NCBI GenBank assembly: GCA_021780225.1
Contig: JAJXZF010000061.1
Location: forward strand, 18,324-82,323
Length of the DNA: 64,000 nt
Direction of reading: 5' to 3'
DNA from: Deltaproteobacteria bacterium
GTDB taxonomy: Bacteria; Desulfobacterota; Binatia; Binatales; Binataceae
Part shown: one piece after another, positions 26,948 through 36,059 of the stretch
Numbering within the stretch: position 1 is the first letter of the stretch
Layout: every line of letters begins with the position of its first letter
Program-made: the position numbers and the translations under genes
Notes under the pieces: generated by a model
What the model was told of the DNA's origin: nothing
What the model saw: only the letters and a program-made list of their open reading frames with translations
Databases searched by the model: none

Positions 26948-27760
26948 TCAATGCCATGCGTCAAGAATCGCGGCGACGCCTTCCTCTTGCGGAATGAATG
27001 CGAAATTATTCACGTAGAGCGGAGATTCGGGAGTATCGAGCAGCGCCAGTTGATATTTAGTCAAATCGAACTGACCAAGCGGAATCAACTTCTTCCGATA
27101 AAGAAAAAGACCGTCGTATCCCATCGATTCGACGTTGGCGAAAACCTCGCGAATATCGCATTTGAGATGGCGCTGCTCGATTTCAATCCACAGGCGCGGG
27201 CGAAACCGCGAGAGCGTGCGCGCCGCGCCGCGCAGCACCGCGGCTTCGTGGCCCTCGACGTCGATTTTGACGAAACCGACCGGCCGATGTTCGATCGCGT
27301 CGAGCGGTTTCGCGACCAGCGAAAGCTTGCGGCAATCGTCTCCGAAACGCGGTTCGAGACTCGCCTCGAGCGGGCGTTCGCGGCCGGCGCGATCGCGCGG
27401 GACCCGCAATTCCATCGCGTTCTCGCAATCCGAAATCGCATACGGGGACAAACTCATGTTCCGCCGGCGAAATTCGCTCAGGATCGCGAAAAAATCCGGG
27501 TTTGGCTCGTATGCGTAAAGATGGCGGCAGAGCCGCGCGAGCAGCCAGGCGTAAAGCCCGTCCGCCGCGCCGACTTCGATCGCCGCACGCTCGCGATCGG
27601 CCAGCAATCGGATCAAGCGCAATTCCTCCGGATGGGCGCGCCAGTAACGCCGCGCGCGGATTTCCACCGCGACCCAGTGCGGCAGGGCGGCCTTGGCGAG
27701 CGCGCGAAACGAGCGCGCGGAAGGCGCGCCGCCGACTGAACGATTTCCGGTCGTGATCAT
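26948..27760 (-). CDS. FkbM family methyltransferase
   Basis: EVGAADGLY...YAYEPNP...FVKIDVEGHEAAVLRGA motifs. Confidence 0.8.
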   Translation of the reverse strand: MITTGNRSVGGAPSARSFRALAKAALPHWVAVEIRARRYWRAHPEELRLIRLLADRERAAIEVGAADGLYAWLLARLCRHLYAYEPNPDFFAILSEFRRRNMSLSPYAISDCENAMELRVPRDRAGRERPLEASLEPRFGDDCRKLSLVAKPLDAIEHRPVGFVKIDVEGHEAAVLRGAARTLSRFRPRLWIEIEQRHLKCDIREVFANVESMGYDGLFLYRKKLIPLGQFDLTKYQLALLDTPESPLYVNNFAFIPQEEGVAAILDAWH

Positions 27761-29254
27761 TTATGCATACCCCGCTTTGCCGATCGTTCGCCGCAGTTCG
27801 CCGGCCAGCGCGCGGCGCTCGTCGCGCGAAAGCGCCAGGGCCGCGAATGCGGCGATCAGCGCGGCCGCGAGGCCGCCCGCGAGGACGCATCGCGCGACGG
27901 TCGCGCCGGCGGCAAGCTTCGCGCTTAGCAGCAGCGCCGCCAGGCCGGCGGCGCCGGCCAGCGCCAACGGGCGCGCCAGTTCGCGCAGCAAGCGAGCGCA
28001 GGCGAGCTCCAGAACACCGAGCGCCGCCGCGAACAGATACCAGGCGCTGGTCGCGCAGCGGCCGGCCACCGTCCCCGCGATCACGCCCGCGAGGCCCCAT
28101 CGACGGACCCACCAGAGCGACAACGCGAGGTTGAGGATGCTGTCGAGCCAATGGATCGCGGCGGCGCCGTAATGCCGGGTGGTCGCGACCAGAATGGCGT
28201 GCGGAGGTTCAAGCATGACCTGGATAAAAAAGAGCGACACCTGAAGCTGGTAGGCGGTCGCGCCCGGATAAACGCCGACGCCCGCCCAGAGCCGCAACAG
28301 CGCCGGTCCCGCAATCAGGAAAACAATCGCGCCCGTGCTTGCGAACAGCAGCGCCAGCCGCATCGAAAGGCCGAATGTGGCGGTCGCGCCGGAGCAATCC
28401 CGCCGCGCGTATTGGGCGGCGATCGTCGGAACCAGCGCGGCCTGAAAGGTCGCGAAAATCCCTTCGACGCCCATCACCAGCAGATACGGCACCGCGTAGC
28501 GCGGCACCATCTCGGCGCCAAGTACGTGACCGATCACCAGGTTGTCGATGCCGAAGCCGATAATTCCCGCCATCTGCAGCGCGAAAAAACCAAGGCTGGG
28601 CCGAATCAGGCCGCGTAAGGTGCGCGCCGAGAACGCTTTAAGGCGCGGAATCGCAGCCCGGTTCAAAGCGCAGGCCCGGCGCGCCGCGACCACGCCCCGG
28701 CCAACCGCCGCGAGTCCCTGAACGAGCGCCAATCCGACCAGGCCGCATCCGCCGATCGCCGCCGCGCCCAGTCCGACGGCGCCGCCAAATCCGGCCCACG
28801 CCGCCGCGCCGCGCTCGCGGTCGACCCGTTCCAGTCCGCGCAACGCCATCGCGAATGCGTTAAGGGGCAGCGCGGCGCAATAGAACACGCCGACGATCAA
28901 TAAAGGTCGCGCGACTTCGGCGGCGGATCCGGGCAGCGCAAGCTTCGCGATCGGATTCGCCGCGAGCAGCAGCAGGACGATCGCAAGCCCGGCGCAGACG
29001 CAATAGGCGACAAAAGCGGTCGAGACCAGGCCGTTGATTTGTTCGCGCCGCCGTGCAGCCGCCGCGATTCGATTCACCAGCGTCTGATCGATGCCCATCC
29101 CGGCCAGCGCCAGATAGGGCAACATGCTCGCGATCACCAGCCATTCGCCGTAGCGGCGCAGCCCGAGCCATCGCGTCATGATTGGCGCCAGCGCCAGAAA
29201 CGCGAGCAGGTTGACCGCGCGCGCTAGATAGCTGGCGGCGATATTCCGTCCCAT
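27761..29254 (-). CDS. wzx: Wzx-type oligosaccharide flippase (polysaccharide biosynthesis protein, MOP superfamily)
   Basis: MGRNIAASYLARAVNLLAFLALAPIMTRWLG start and about 12-14 TM helices. An alternative upstream ATG lies at 29365. The rest of track ORF 27761..29908 is out-of-gene. Confidence 0.7.
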   Translation of the reverse strand: MGRNIAASYLARAVNLLAFLALAPIMTRWLGLRRYGEWLVIASMLPYLALAGMGIDQTLVNRIAAAARRREQINGLVSTAFVAYCVCAGLAIVLLLLAANPIAKLALPGSAAEVARPLLIVGVFYCAALPLNAFAMALRGLERVDRERGAAAWAGFGGAVGLGAAAIGGCGLVGLALVQGLAAVGRGVVAARRACALNRAAIPRLKAFSARTLRGLIRPSLGFFALQMAGIIGFGIDNLVIGHVLGAEMVPRYAVPYLLVMGVEGIFATFQAALVPTIAAQYARRDCSGATATFGLSMRLALLFASTGAIVFLIAGPALLRLWAGVGVYPGATAYQLQVSLFFIQVMLEPPHAILVATTRHYGAAAIHWLDSILNLALSLWWVRRWGLAGVIAGTVAGRCATSAWYLFAAALGVLELACARLLRELARPLALAGAAGLAALLLSAKLAAGATVARCVLAGGLAAALIAAFAALALSRDERRALAGELRRTIGKAGYA

Positions 29255-29403
29255 CCGCGCCGCCGGCGTTCCGGAATCCGCTTCGCCCGGGGCCGCGCAA
29301 GGGCCGCTTTTTGGCGCCGACCGAACGTCCCCGTCCGGCCAAAGCTCCGGCGGCGCCTGATTCATGCGAATCGAACTGGAAGTTCGACGAGAGAGACGGA
29401 TCG

Positions 29404-30360
29404 TCAAGTTCGTTCCGGGTATGAGCCGCGCGTGCGCGCCGCGCCGGCATCGAGGTCGCGCAGCAGAATCGCAACCGCGACCACCAGCAGCGCGAGCATT
29501 CCGGCCAGCAACGCATCGACTATCGCAAGCGGCCGGTACGGACGGTCGGACGCGGTCGGCGACACCAGCACTTTGAACGCGAAATCGGCCTGCACCTGCG
29601 CGAGTTTTTCCTGCTGAATCTGCCGCGCAAGCAATTCGGACAATTGCGTCTGCAACAAATTGTCGGCGGTTTCGCGCACCTCTTCGCGCAGGGAATCGAT
29701 CGCCTCCGAAGCGTCGCGGATCTGCTCGCGCCGCAACTGTTCGCGCAGATCCGAGATATAGAAGCCGAGAATTTTCCGCGCCATCGCGGGGTCGGGATCC
29801 AGATAGGAGAGCGTCAGGTTTCCGGTCAAGAGCGAAAATTCGCAATCGAACCTCCGCCGCATCAACCGAAACCGCGCCCAGCGCGGATCCGCGACCGCGC
29901 CCGCCCACGGCGCCCAGCCGCGAACCGGCAGTTCCGCGGCCAGGCCGTGACGCGCGATCAGGCTGGTGGTGAAATCGAAACTGCGCAGCACCGGCATATA
30001 TTCGCTGGCCGGATTGGCCGCCGCGCCCGCGAACGGACTCAGCGATCCGCCGGTCAAACCGCCGAATCCTCCCGTCCCGCCGAGCAATCCCGCCAGCCGC
30101 CCCCGCACCATCGAGGCGTTGATCGGACGGATGATCGCCTCGGCCCGGTACAACCGGGTCAGGGCGAACCGCGCGAACAATCCCGCCGCGGCCATCGCGC
30201 CGATCGCCGCCGCCGCAAGCAGGCGCCAGCGGCGCGCCAGCGCCTCGAGGTAGTCGCGCAAGTCGACGAACTCCCCGGCGGGTTCGGGCCGCGCGGCAAC
30301 TCGCGCCGGCGATTCGAACCCCGCGGCGATGCGATATTCGCGCGCACTGGTCGGTTCCAT
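29404..30360 (-). CDS. Wzz-like polysaccharide chain-length determinant (PCP without a kinase domain)
   Basis: The N-terminal TM is followed by YRAEAIIRP, then a periplasmic helical region and a C-terminal TM (LLAGMLALLVVAVAILL). Confidence 0.6.
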   Translation of the reverse strand: MEPTSAREYRIAAGFESPARVAARPEPAGEFVDLRDYLEALARRWRLLAAAAIGAMAAAGLFARFALTRLYRAEAIIRPINASMVRGRLAGLLGGTGGFGGLTGGSLSPFAGAAANPASEYMPVLRSFDFTTSLIARHGLAAELPVRGWAPWAGAVADPRWARFRLMRRRFDCEFSLLTGNLTLSYLDPDPAMARKILGFYISDLREQLRREQIRDASEAIDSLREEVRETADNLLQTQLSELLARQIQQEKLAQVQADFAFKVLVSPTASDRPYRPLAIVDALLAGMLALLVVAVAILLRDLDAGAARTRGSYPERT

Positions 30361-30409
30361 CAGCGGTTTCGTCCTCCGGCGGTTCGCGAATCCAGCGCGA
30401 TGCGGCGTT

Positions 30410-32113
30410 TCAGCGCGGCCATTGCCATCCCGTCCATCCCGGCGTGAACGACAGCGAGCACATCAGCAGGATCCGCACCGACTGCGAATTCGCCTGATAG
30501 TTCAGATCGCGCACGTATTCGACCGCCGCGCGGGCGCGAATCGTCGCGAGCGCGCCGTCCAATTTGCGCATCGGCAGCGGCAGCCGCAGAAAATCGAACG
30601 CGGCGCCGCCGCTATGCTCCTTGCCGAGCGGATAGGGATAAAACTCGTACGGATATGCGACCGCCGATCCATATCCGGGCGGCTGCTCGGTATAGAAAAT
30701 ATCCGCGCTCAACTTGTCGCGCAGATCGAGCCAGCGGCCCAACTGAATATCGACTTCGGTCGCGTTCGGCCCCATCGCGTCGCCCATCAACTGGTTTTCG
30801 TACGTCCAGTAAAGCCCGACGCTGTGGGTTGAGTAGTTTGGCTCGAGCAGCGCGTACTCGAAGCGCAGATCGGTCATGCCGTCGCGGGTCAGGCGCGGCA
30901 GATAAAATCCGCCCTGATACGAGACGGCCAGAAACGGCAGGAATCGTCCGGCCGGAGGCAATTCCTTGGTCAGATTGTCCTCGCCGAGAATCTCCTGATA
31001 GACCTCGAGGTTGCGCAGCGACGGAAAATAGAATTTCAAAAAGACGCCGCCGCGCGAATTGGTGTTGCCGTTGGCCGGATTGCCGGTGTGGAAGCCGGTG
31101 GCGCGGCCGAGGAAGCCCAACATGCTGTAGTTGTTATTATACCTGCCGCCGAAATCGATCGCGTGGGTAAAGCCGAACTCGAACGTCGGCAGCGGCTTGA
31201 AACTGAGTATCTGGCCGTCGATCCACGGATGCGAGTAGTAGCGTTCGCCGTCGAGCTGGCCGAAAAACATCTGAAACCGGAACTGGCCGAGATAGCGGAA
31301 AATCCACGGCAGCAGCAGCGGATGGATATTCTGAACGCGCAGGGCCGGGAATGGCGACGAGTTGTCGCTTTGCGAAAGCGCGTCGAAATGGCCGGTCCCC
31401 CACCACATCTCTTCCGTGCCCGCCGAAAGCGCCAGATTGCCGAAGCTGGCGACGACGCCGGTTCCGAGCAATTGCAGCCGTTCGATCCCTTTGATCGAGC
31501 GCGTCATCGGCCCGGCGATCGAGCCTTCGCCGTACCCCGCGAGAAAGCCGCCGACCCCGCCCCATCCCGACCATCGCAGGATTTCGTTGCTGCCCGGAGC
31601 GGTCGGCAGGCCGTCGTTGTTGGGCAGCAGCGGCGTCGCCTCGGTGGCGTTGATGGCGCCGAGGTCAGGCGTATTGGTCTGACTCGTGCGCCACTGGCGC
31701 GGGTCGCCGCGCGAGAACAGATATTGCGCCTCAACCCGCTGCATCGGACGGAACATCGTGGGCGGATTGTCCTCGGCGTCGTGTTCGAGCCATCCGACCT
31801 CCTCCGGCAATTGAGCGCGCAGCGTGCGGATTATGCTGTGCGCCAGCGGATCGGAACGGCGCGCCTGTTCGAGATTGCCCTCGGCTTCCAGCGTCAGGCG
31901 CGCCGCTTCGACCCGGCTTATCGGTTTGATTTCGTCGAGATAGGTTTCGAGATAGCCGAGGCCGTTCAGGGTTTCGAGCTCGTTGTAGATCGAGCTGTCG
32001 AGCGGGATATAAACGGCGTAAGTCGAGGCCACGGCGGCGCCGCTCAGCGCGAATATCAGCATCCCGCCGAACAACCCGGCCGCCCGCGCACGCCCGCGCC
32101 GCGCCGGGATCAT
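30410..32113 (-). CDS. wzi: Capsule assembly protein Wzi-like outer-membrane beta-barrel
   Basis: A signal peptide, then IPLDSSIYNELETLNGLGYL, which is the Wzi family N-terminal motif as I recall it. The remainder is rich in aromatic beta-strands. ATGA overlap with the upstream gene. Confidence 0.68.
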   Translation of the reverse strand: MIPARRGRARAAGLFGGMLIFALSGAAVASTYAVYIPLDSSIYNELETLNGLGYLETYLDEIKPISRVEAARLTLEAEGNLEQARRSDPLAHSIIRTLRAQLPEEVGWLEHDAEDNPPTMFRPMQRVEAQYLFSRGDPRQWRTSQTNTPDLGAINATEATPLLPNNDGLPTAPGSNEILRWSGWGGVGGFLAGYGEGSIAGPMTRSIKGIERLQLLGTGVVASFGNLALSAGTEEMWWGTGHFDALSQSDNSSPFPALRVQNIHPLLLPWIFRYLGQFRFQMFFGQLDGERYYSHPWIDGQILSFKPLPTFEFGFTHAIDFGGRYNNNYSMLGFLGRATGFHTGNPANGNTNSRGGVFLKFYFPSLRNLEVYQEILGEDNLTKELPPAGRFLPFLAVSYQGGFYLPRLTRDGMTDLRFEYALLEPNYSTHSVGLYWTYENQLMGDAMGPNATEVDIQLGRWLDLRDKLSADIFYTEQPPGYGSAVAYPYEFYPYPLGKEHSGGAAFDFLRLPLPMRKLDGALATIRARAAVEYVRDLNYQANSQSVRILLMCSLSFTPGWTGWQWPR

Positions 32114-32784
32114 TCGACGCTCCGATCGCGCCCGGCCAGCGCGCGCGCCCGCCGGATATGCGCAAGCTGCATCAGCAATTCGTTGTCGCCGGCCGGCCGC
32201 GCCGCGCGATCGTCGTTTCCGGCCGCGCGCGGCTCCGGGCGGGAAGAAGGCGCCTGCGGCCGGCCGGGATCGCGCCAACTTCCCGCAGCGGCTCCGTGCA
32301 GCAGGTACTGCTTGATTACCGCACGCACATAGCGCTCGGTTTCGGGATAGGGCGGAATTCCGTGGTAGCGATCGACCGCGCCCGGCCCCGCATTGTAAGC
32401 CGCGATCAATTCCGGCAGGCCGCGCGCCGCGCCGTCGCCGCGGCGGCGCAAATCATCGAGCATTCGGGCCGCGCCGAGCGCGCTTGCAACCGGATCGAAA
32501 GGATCGTCCACGCGGTAGCGGCGCGCCGTCGCCGGCATCAACTGCATCAGGCCTTCGGCGCCTTTGGGCGAGACCGCATCCGCGCGCCCGCCCGACTCCG
32601 CCGCGGCGATCGCGGCCAGCAAATCCGGATCGATCGCGTAGATCCGGCCGACCGCGACAAACATCGCGCGCCGGTCGAAACCGGCCGCCGGCGCCGGACG
32701 CTCCTGGGCCGCCAGCGGCGCGGCCGCGCAGGCGAAGCCCGCGCACACCGCGATTAGCGCCAGGAACCGCAAGCCCGTCTCCAT
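32110..32784 (-). CDS. Lytic transglycosylase (SLT domain)
   Basis: AAESGGRADAVSPKGAEGLMQLMPATA...AYNAGPGAV motifs. Confidence 0.85.
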   Translation of the reverse strand: METGLRFLALIAVCAGFACAAAPLAAQERPAPAAGFDRRAMFVAVGRIYAIDPDLLAAIAAAESGGRADAVSPKGAEGLMQLMPATARRYRVDDPFDPVASALGAARMLDDLRRRGDGAARGLPELIAAYNAGPGAVDRYHGIPPYPETERYVRAVIKQYLLHGAAAGSWRDPGRPQAPSSRPEPRAAGNDDRAARPAGDNELLMQLAHIRRARALAGRDRSVE

Positions 32785-32788
32785 CCGC

Positions 32789-35452
32789 TCAGATACTCGT
32801 GCCGAGGATGCCGATCACCGCCAACGCCATCGCGCTGTTCGCGATAATCTGGGTGATGTCGGTCGCGTATTGCAGGCCGCTCACGTAGATGAGCTGCTCG
32901 GGAACATAGATCGTGTCGCCGGGACCGAGCCGCGCCGCCATCAGGCCGCCGCCGATCGCCGGCAGCAGCGGGAAGAGCGCGTTGGTGCGGCTTTCCTTGA
33001 TCCCCTCGTCGGTGAGAACGGCGCCGTCGGCGGCGATCACGAAGATATGGTCCTTGTCGGCGTCTTCGGTCGGCCCGCCCGCTTTCGCCAGATAGTCGCG
33101 GACGGTGAGGCCCGGCTGATAGACGATCGCGGTCGGATTGTAAACTTGGCCGAGCACGTTGACCGACCCCGGCATCCGCGGAATCACGATATGGTCGCGA
33201 TTTTCGAGCGTCAGGTTGTCGGACGCGCCGGAGAGGCTCCGCAAGGTCGTGAGGCGCAGCACGATGCGGCCGACGGCCGCGCGGCTGTCGGCGCTGGCGA
33301 GCGCCTGCTGCATCGCGGCCAGCGCGGCGGCGTTGTTGGCGTTCGGGCCTTGTCCGGGCGCGGCGGGGGTCAGCCCCAGCCGCGCGATTTCCTCTTTCAG
33401 GCGCGCGCGGCTCTGATCGAGCCGCTCCTGTTCGACCTGGCGCACCGACTGGCGCACAAAGACCGTAGCCGGCAGATAGGCGTCGGCACGCAGCCCGCCG
33501 GCGCGCTCGATTAACGACGCGAGCCGCTCGCCGCCGCGAATCACGTAGGGGCCGGGACGGGCGACTTCACCGTCGATCGTCACCTCATACGGCTGATGCC
33601 AGTCGGAGGCCTGCGCGACGAAGAGTTCGTCGCCGCGCGCCAGCGGCAAATCGGCGGCGCCGCCCGCGAGCGCGGCGCGCAGATCGACGGCGAGGTAGCT
33701 GAAGCCGGCGCGCGCGCCGTCGACCAGCCGCGTGCGCGCGATTTCGGCCTGCCGCCGGTACGCGCCGTCGCGCAGACCGCCCGCCTCGTAAATCAGATCG
33801 CTGACCCGCATCGAGTCGCTCAGCGGATAGACGCCGGGCTTGCGCACTTCGCCGCGCACCGCGATGGTCGGCGTTTCGCGCAGCTCGCTTTCGCTGTAAA
33901 TCGTGAGCGAATCGGCGGCGCGCAAAAGCAGGTTGGCGCGCGCGTCGCCGCGCAGGGCGTCGCCGAGATTGACCGGCAGGAATTCGGTTTTGCGCGCGGC
34001 GCCGGTGGCGCGGCGCAACAGCGCGTAGCCGAAAAAGGTATGATCGCCGACGCCCTGCCCTTCCCGGATCAGATCGGCGACTTCCATCCCGGGATACCAT
34101 TGGTACGCGCCGGGACGGTTCACGTTGCCGCTCAGCCGGACGATATTCCGCGCGCCGGGCAAGACCGCGAAAATCTTGATCAGGTCGCCGTCGGCGACCG
34201 CGACGCGGCGCGCGCGCGGATCGCCGAGGTCGAGGTCGAGCGCGACGCGCCGTTCATGATCCTGGATGCGCTCGACCTGAATCCGCTGGCGGTAGCCGAA
34301 GGCGCTCACTCCCCCCGCCATGCGCAGCGCGCCGGCGAGGCTCTGCGGGCCTCTGAGCTCGTAAATCGCGGGATTTCTGGCGTCGCCGGCGATTCCGACC
34401 ACCGGGCCGATCACCGGCACGAACAGCACGTCGCGCGGCTCGAGCCGCACGTCGGCGGAGGCGTCGCCGTGCAGCAGCAGATCATAGAGATCGATCACTT
34501 CGAGCGTGCGGCCGTCGCGGCGCAATTCGATCTTGCGCAGGCTGCCCATCTTGCTGACGCCCCCGGCCGCGACCAGCGCGTTCGAGACGTGCGAGAGCGC
34601 GCTTACCAGATAAAGCCCGGGATGATTGACTTTGCCGACGACAAAAACCTCGATCGTGCGGATCTGTCCCATCGTGACCGCGACATGCACGCCGGTAATC
34701 TGGTCGGCGCGGCTCTCGATTAATTGCTTGGCCTGGGCGAAGGTAAGTCCGGCGACGCCGAGCGGCCCGATTTGCGGCATCAGGACGTCGCCGTCGCGCT
34801 GCACCCGCAGCGACATCGTGCGGTTGATCCGGCCCCACACCAGCACGTTCAGGCTGTCGCCTGGACCGAGCACATAATCGCCGCCGATCGGCACGTCGGC
34901 GACCGGCGCGAAGGTCGAGACCGGCGACGAAAAGAGCGCGTAGCCGAACTGCTTCAAAGCCGAAAGGCGCGGTCCCGCAAGAAATTGATAGGGCGTGGCC
35001 AATTGATGAAATCGATCTTCGATCAATGAAGCGGACGAAGGCGGCGGCGGCGCGGGATTTTGCGCCGCTCCCACAGCCGCCGGAGCGGCGGCGGCGGCCG
35101 CGGCCGGGCCGCCCTGCGCGCATTGCTGCAACTTGCCGATTTGATTGGCGGACAGGCCGATCGCGGCGCCCATCGCCTGAATTTCGGCGGGTCCGAGATG
35201 CTTGGCGGCGGCGGTCGCGCAGGCCTGCTGCAGTTGCCCGCCGTTAAGCCCGCCCTGGGCGGCCTGGCTTTCGATTTGCCCGGCCTGCTGGGGCGAAACG
35301 CCAAGCTGCTGGGCGGCCTGCGCCACGCTCGCCGGATCCGCCGCGACGCCCTGCCCCGCGGCGGGAGCCGCGCCGAGCGCGATCGTTAGGCCAACGCCCA
35401 CCATCCACAACGGCAGAGCGCGGCGGCCGCGCCTTGATCGATCGGTTCTCAT
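32789..35452 (-). CDS. wza: Large outer-membrane polysaccharide export protein (OPX/Wza family, Poly_export plus several SLBB-like repeats)
   Basis: ATG at 35452 (887 aa) with a non-lipoprotein signal peptide. PGDSLNVLVWGR Poly_export motif, followed by repeated V.V.G.V..PG.Y modules. Confidence 0.8.
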   Translation of the reverse strand: MRTDRSRRGRRALPLWMVGVGLTIALGAAPAAGQGVAADPASVAQAAQQLGVSPQQAGQIESQAAQGGLNGGQLQQACATAAAKHLGPAEIQAMGAAIGLSANQIGKLQQCAQGGPAAAAAAAPAAVGAAQNPAPPPPSSASLIEDRFHQLATPYQFLAGPRLSALKQFGYALFSSPVSTFAPVADVPIGGDYVLGPGDSLNVLVWGRINRTMSLRVQRDGDVLMPQIGPLGVAGLTFAQAKQLIESRADQITGVHVAVTMGQIRTIEVFVVGKVNHPGLYLVSALSHVSNALVAAGGVSKMGSLRKIELRRDGRTLEVIDLYDLLLHGDASADVRLEPRDVLFVPVIGPVVGIAGDARNPAIYELRGPQSLAGALRMAGGVSAFGYRQRIQVERIQDHERRVALDLDLGDPRARRVAVADGDLIKIFAVLPGARNIVRLSGNVNRPGAYQWYPGMEVADLIREGQGVGDHTFFGYALLRRATGAARKTEFLPVNLGDALRGDARANLLLRAADSLTIYSESELRETPTIAVRGEVRKPGVYPLSDSMRVSDLIYEAGGLRDGAYRRQAEIARTRLVDGARAGFSYLAVDLRAALAGGAADLPLARGDELFVAQASDWHQPYEVTIDGEVARPGPYVIRGGERLASLIERAGGLRADAYLPATVFVRQSVRQVEQERLDQSRARLKEEIARLGLTPAAPGQGPNANNAAALAAMQQALASADSRAAVGRIVLRLTTLRSLSGASDNLTLENRDHIVIPRMPGSVNVLGQVYNPTAIVYQPGLTVRDYLAKAGGPTEDADKDHIFVIAADGAVLTDEGIKESRTNALFPLLPAIGGGLMAARLGPGDTIYVPEQLIYVSGLQYATDITQIIANSAMALAVIGILGTSI

Positions 35453-35514
35453 TTTCGCCTGACTCCGCGATACGCCCGCCAGAGGGTTGGGGAATGCCTG
35501 CTGGCGCGCGGCTG

Positions 35515-35919
35515 TCACTCGCCGCTCTGAAATGGTTGATCCTGCCCGGCGCCGGAGGTGGCCGATCGCGGATATTGCGAAGCCGGATCGGCGCGGATCA
35601 CGTAGGCGTTGTCCAGGTCGCCGAGACATTGGCAGGACGGACTGGTCGTAAGGCTCTGCAGGGAATAATTCGGCGGAATTGGCTGCTGCGCGCAGATAAT
35701 CATCGTGTCGCCGTGAACGGGCGCGAACTGACGGGCGCGGCAGGCCCCGCCGCAAATCGACGAGGTGCCGGTCGCGACGATCGCGGCTCCGAACGGCGGC
35801 AGATCGCCGGCGCAAATCAACTGCGCCGCCGCCGGCCGCGCCCGGAACAGCGAAAGCGCGGCGATAAGAATCGCGGCGGCGCGCCGCGCTGGCAGTTTGC
35901 GGATAAACGTCGATTTCAT
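35515..35919 (-). CDS. Small secreted cysteine-containing protein, unknown function
   Basis: Signal peptide MKSTFIRKLPARRAAAILIAALSLFRARPAAAQ. The mature part has 6 Cys. It is the first ORF after the ops-like element. Confidence 0.5.
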   Translation of the reverse strand: MKSTFIRKLPARRAAAILIAALSLFRARPAAAQLICAGDLPPFGAAIVATGTSSICGGACRARQFAPVHGDTMIICAQQPIPPNYSLQSLTTSPSCQCLGDLDNAYVIRADPASQYPRSATSGAGQDQPFQSGE

Positions 35920-35943
35920 TTTTTCATTCCGGGGCCAATCGGG

Positions 35944-35955
35944 CAGGCTACCGCC
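35944..35955 (-). promoter_or_regulatory. ops-like (operon polarity suppressor) element GGCGGTAGCCTG
   Basis: The reverse complement of caggctaccgcc is GGCGGTAGCCTG, which matches the RfaH ops consensus GGCGGTAGnnTG. It is on the sense strand of the locus, between the RfaH-like gene and the first export-cluster ORF. Confidence 0.55.
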
Positions 35956-36059
35956 GTTCCCACTCCGGCTTGCGGCGGCGCGCGGTCGATAAAAAACAAC
36001 TTTTCACGGCTGGCGCCGCCCAGGCCGCGCAACGGCCGGCGGGCGCTCCCGGCGGCGGT

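Noticed and set aside
25651-26997. 448-aa plus-strand ORF. The same applies to 27183..28151 (-), 29644..30447 (+), 31088..32332 (+) and 33596..34723 (+).
   Set aside because: All are antisense or out of frame relative to motif-supported genes of the polysaccharide locus, with arginine-rich compositions.
3050-35815. Two track ORFs of identical length (1008 aa: 3050..6076 and 32789..35815)
   Set aside because: This is a coincidence. The sequences are unrelated, and the second one really starts at 35452 (887 aa).
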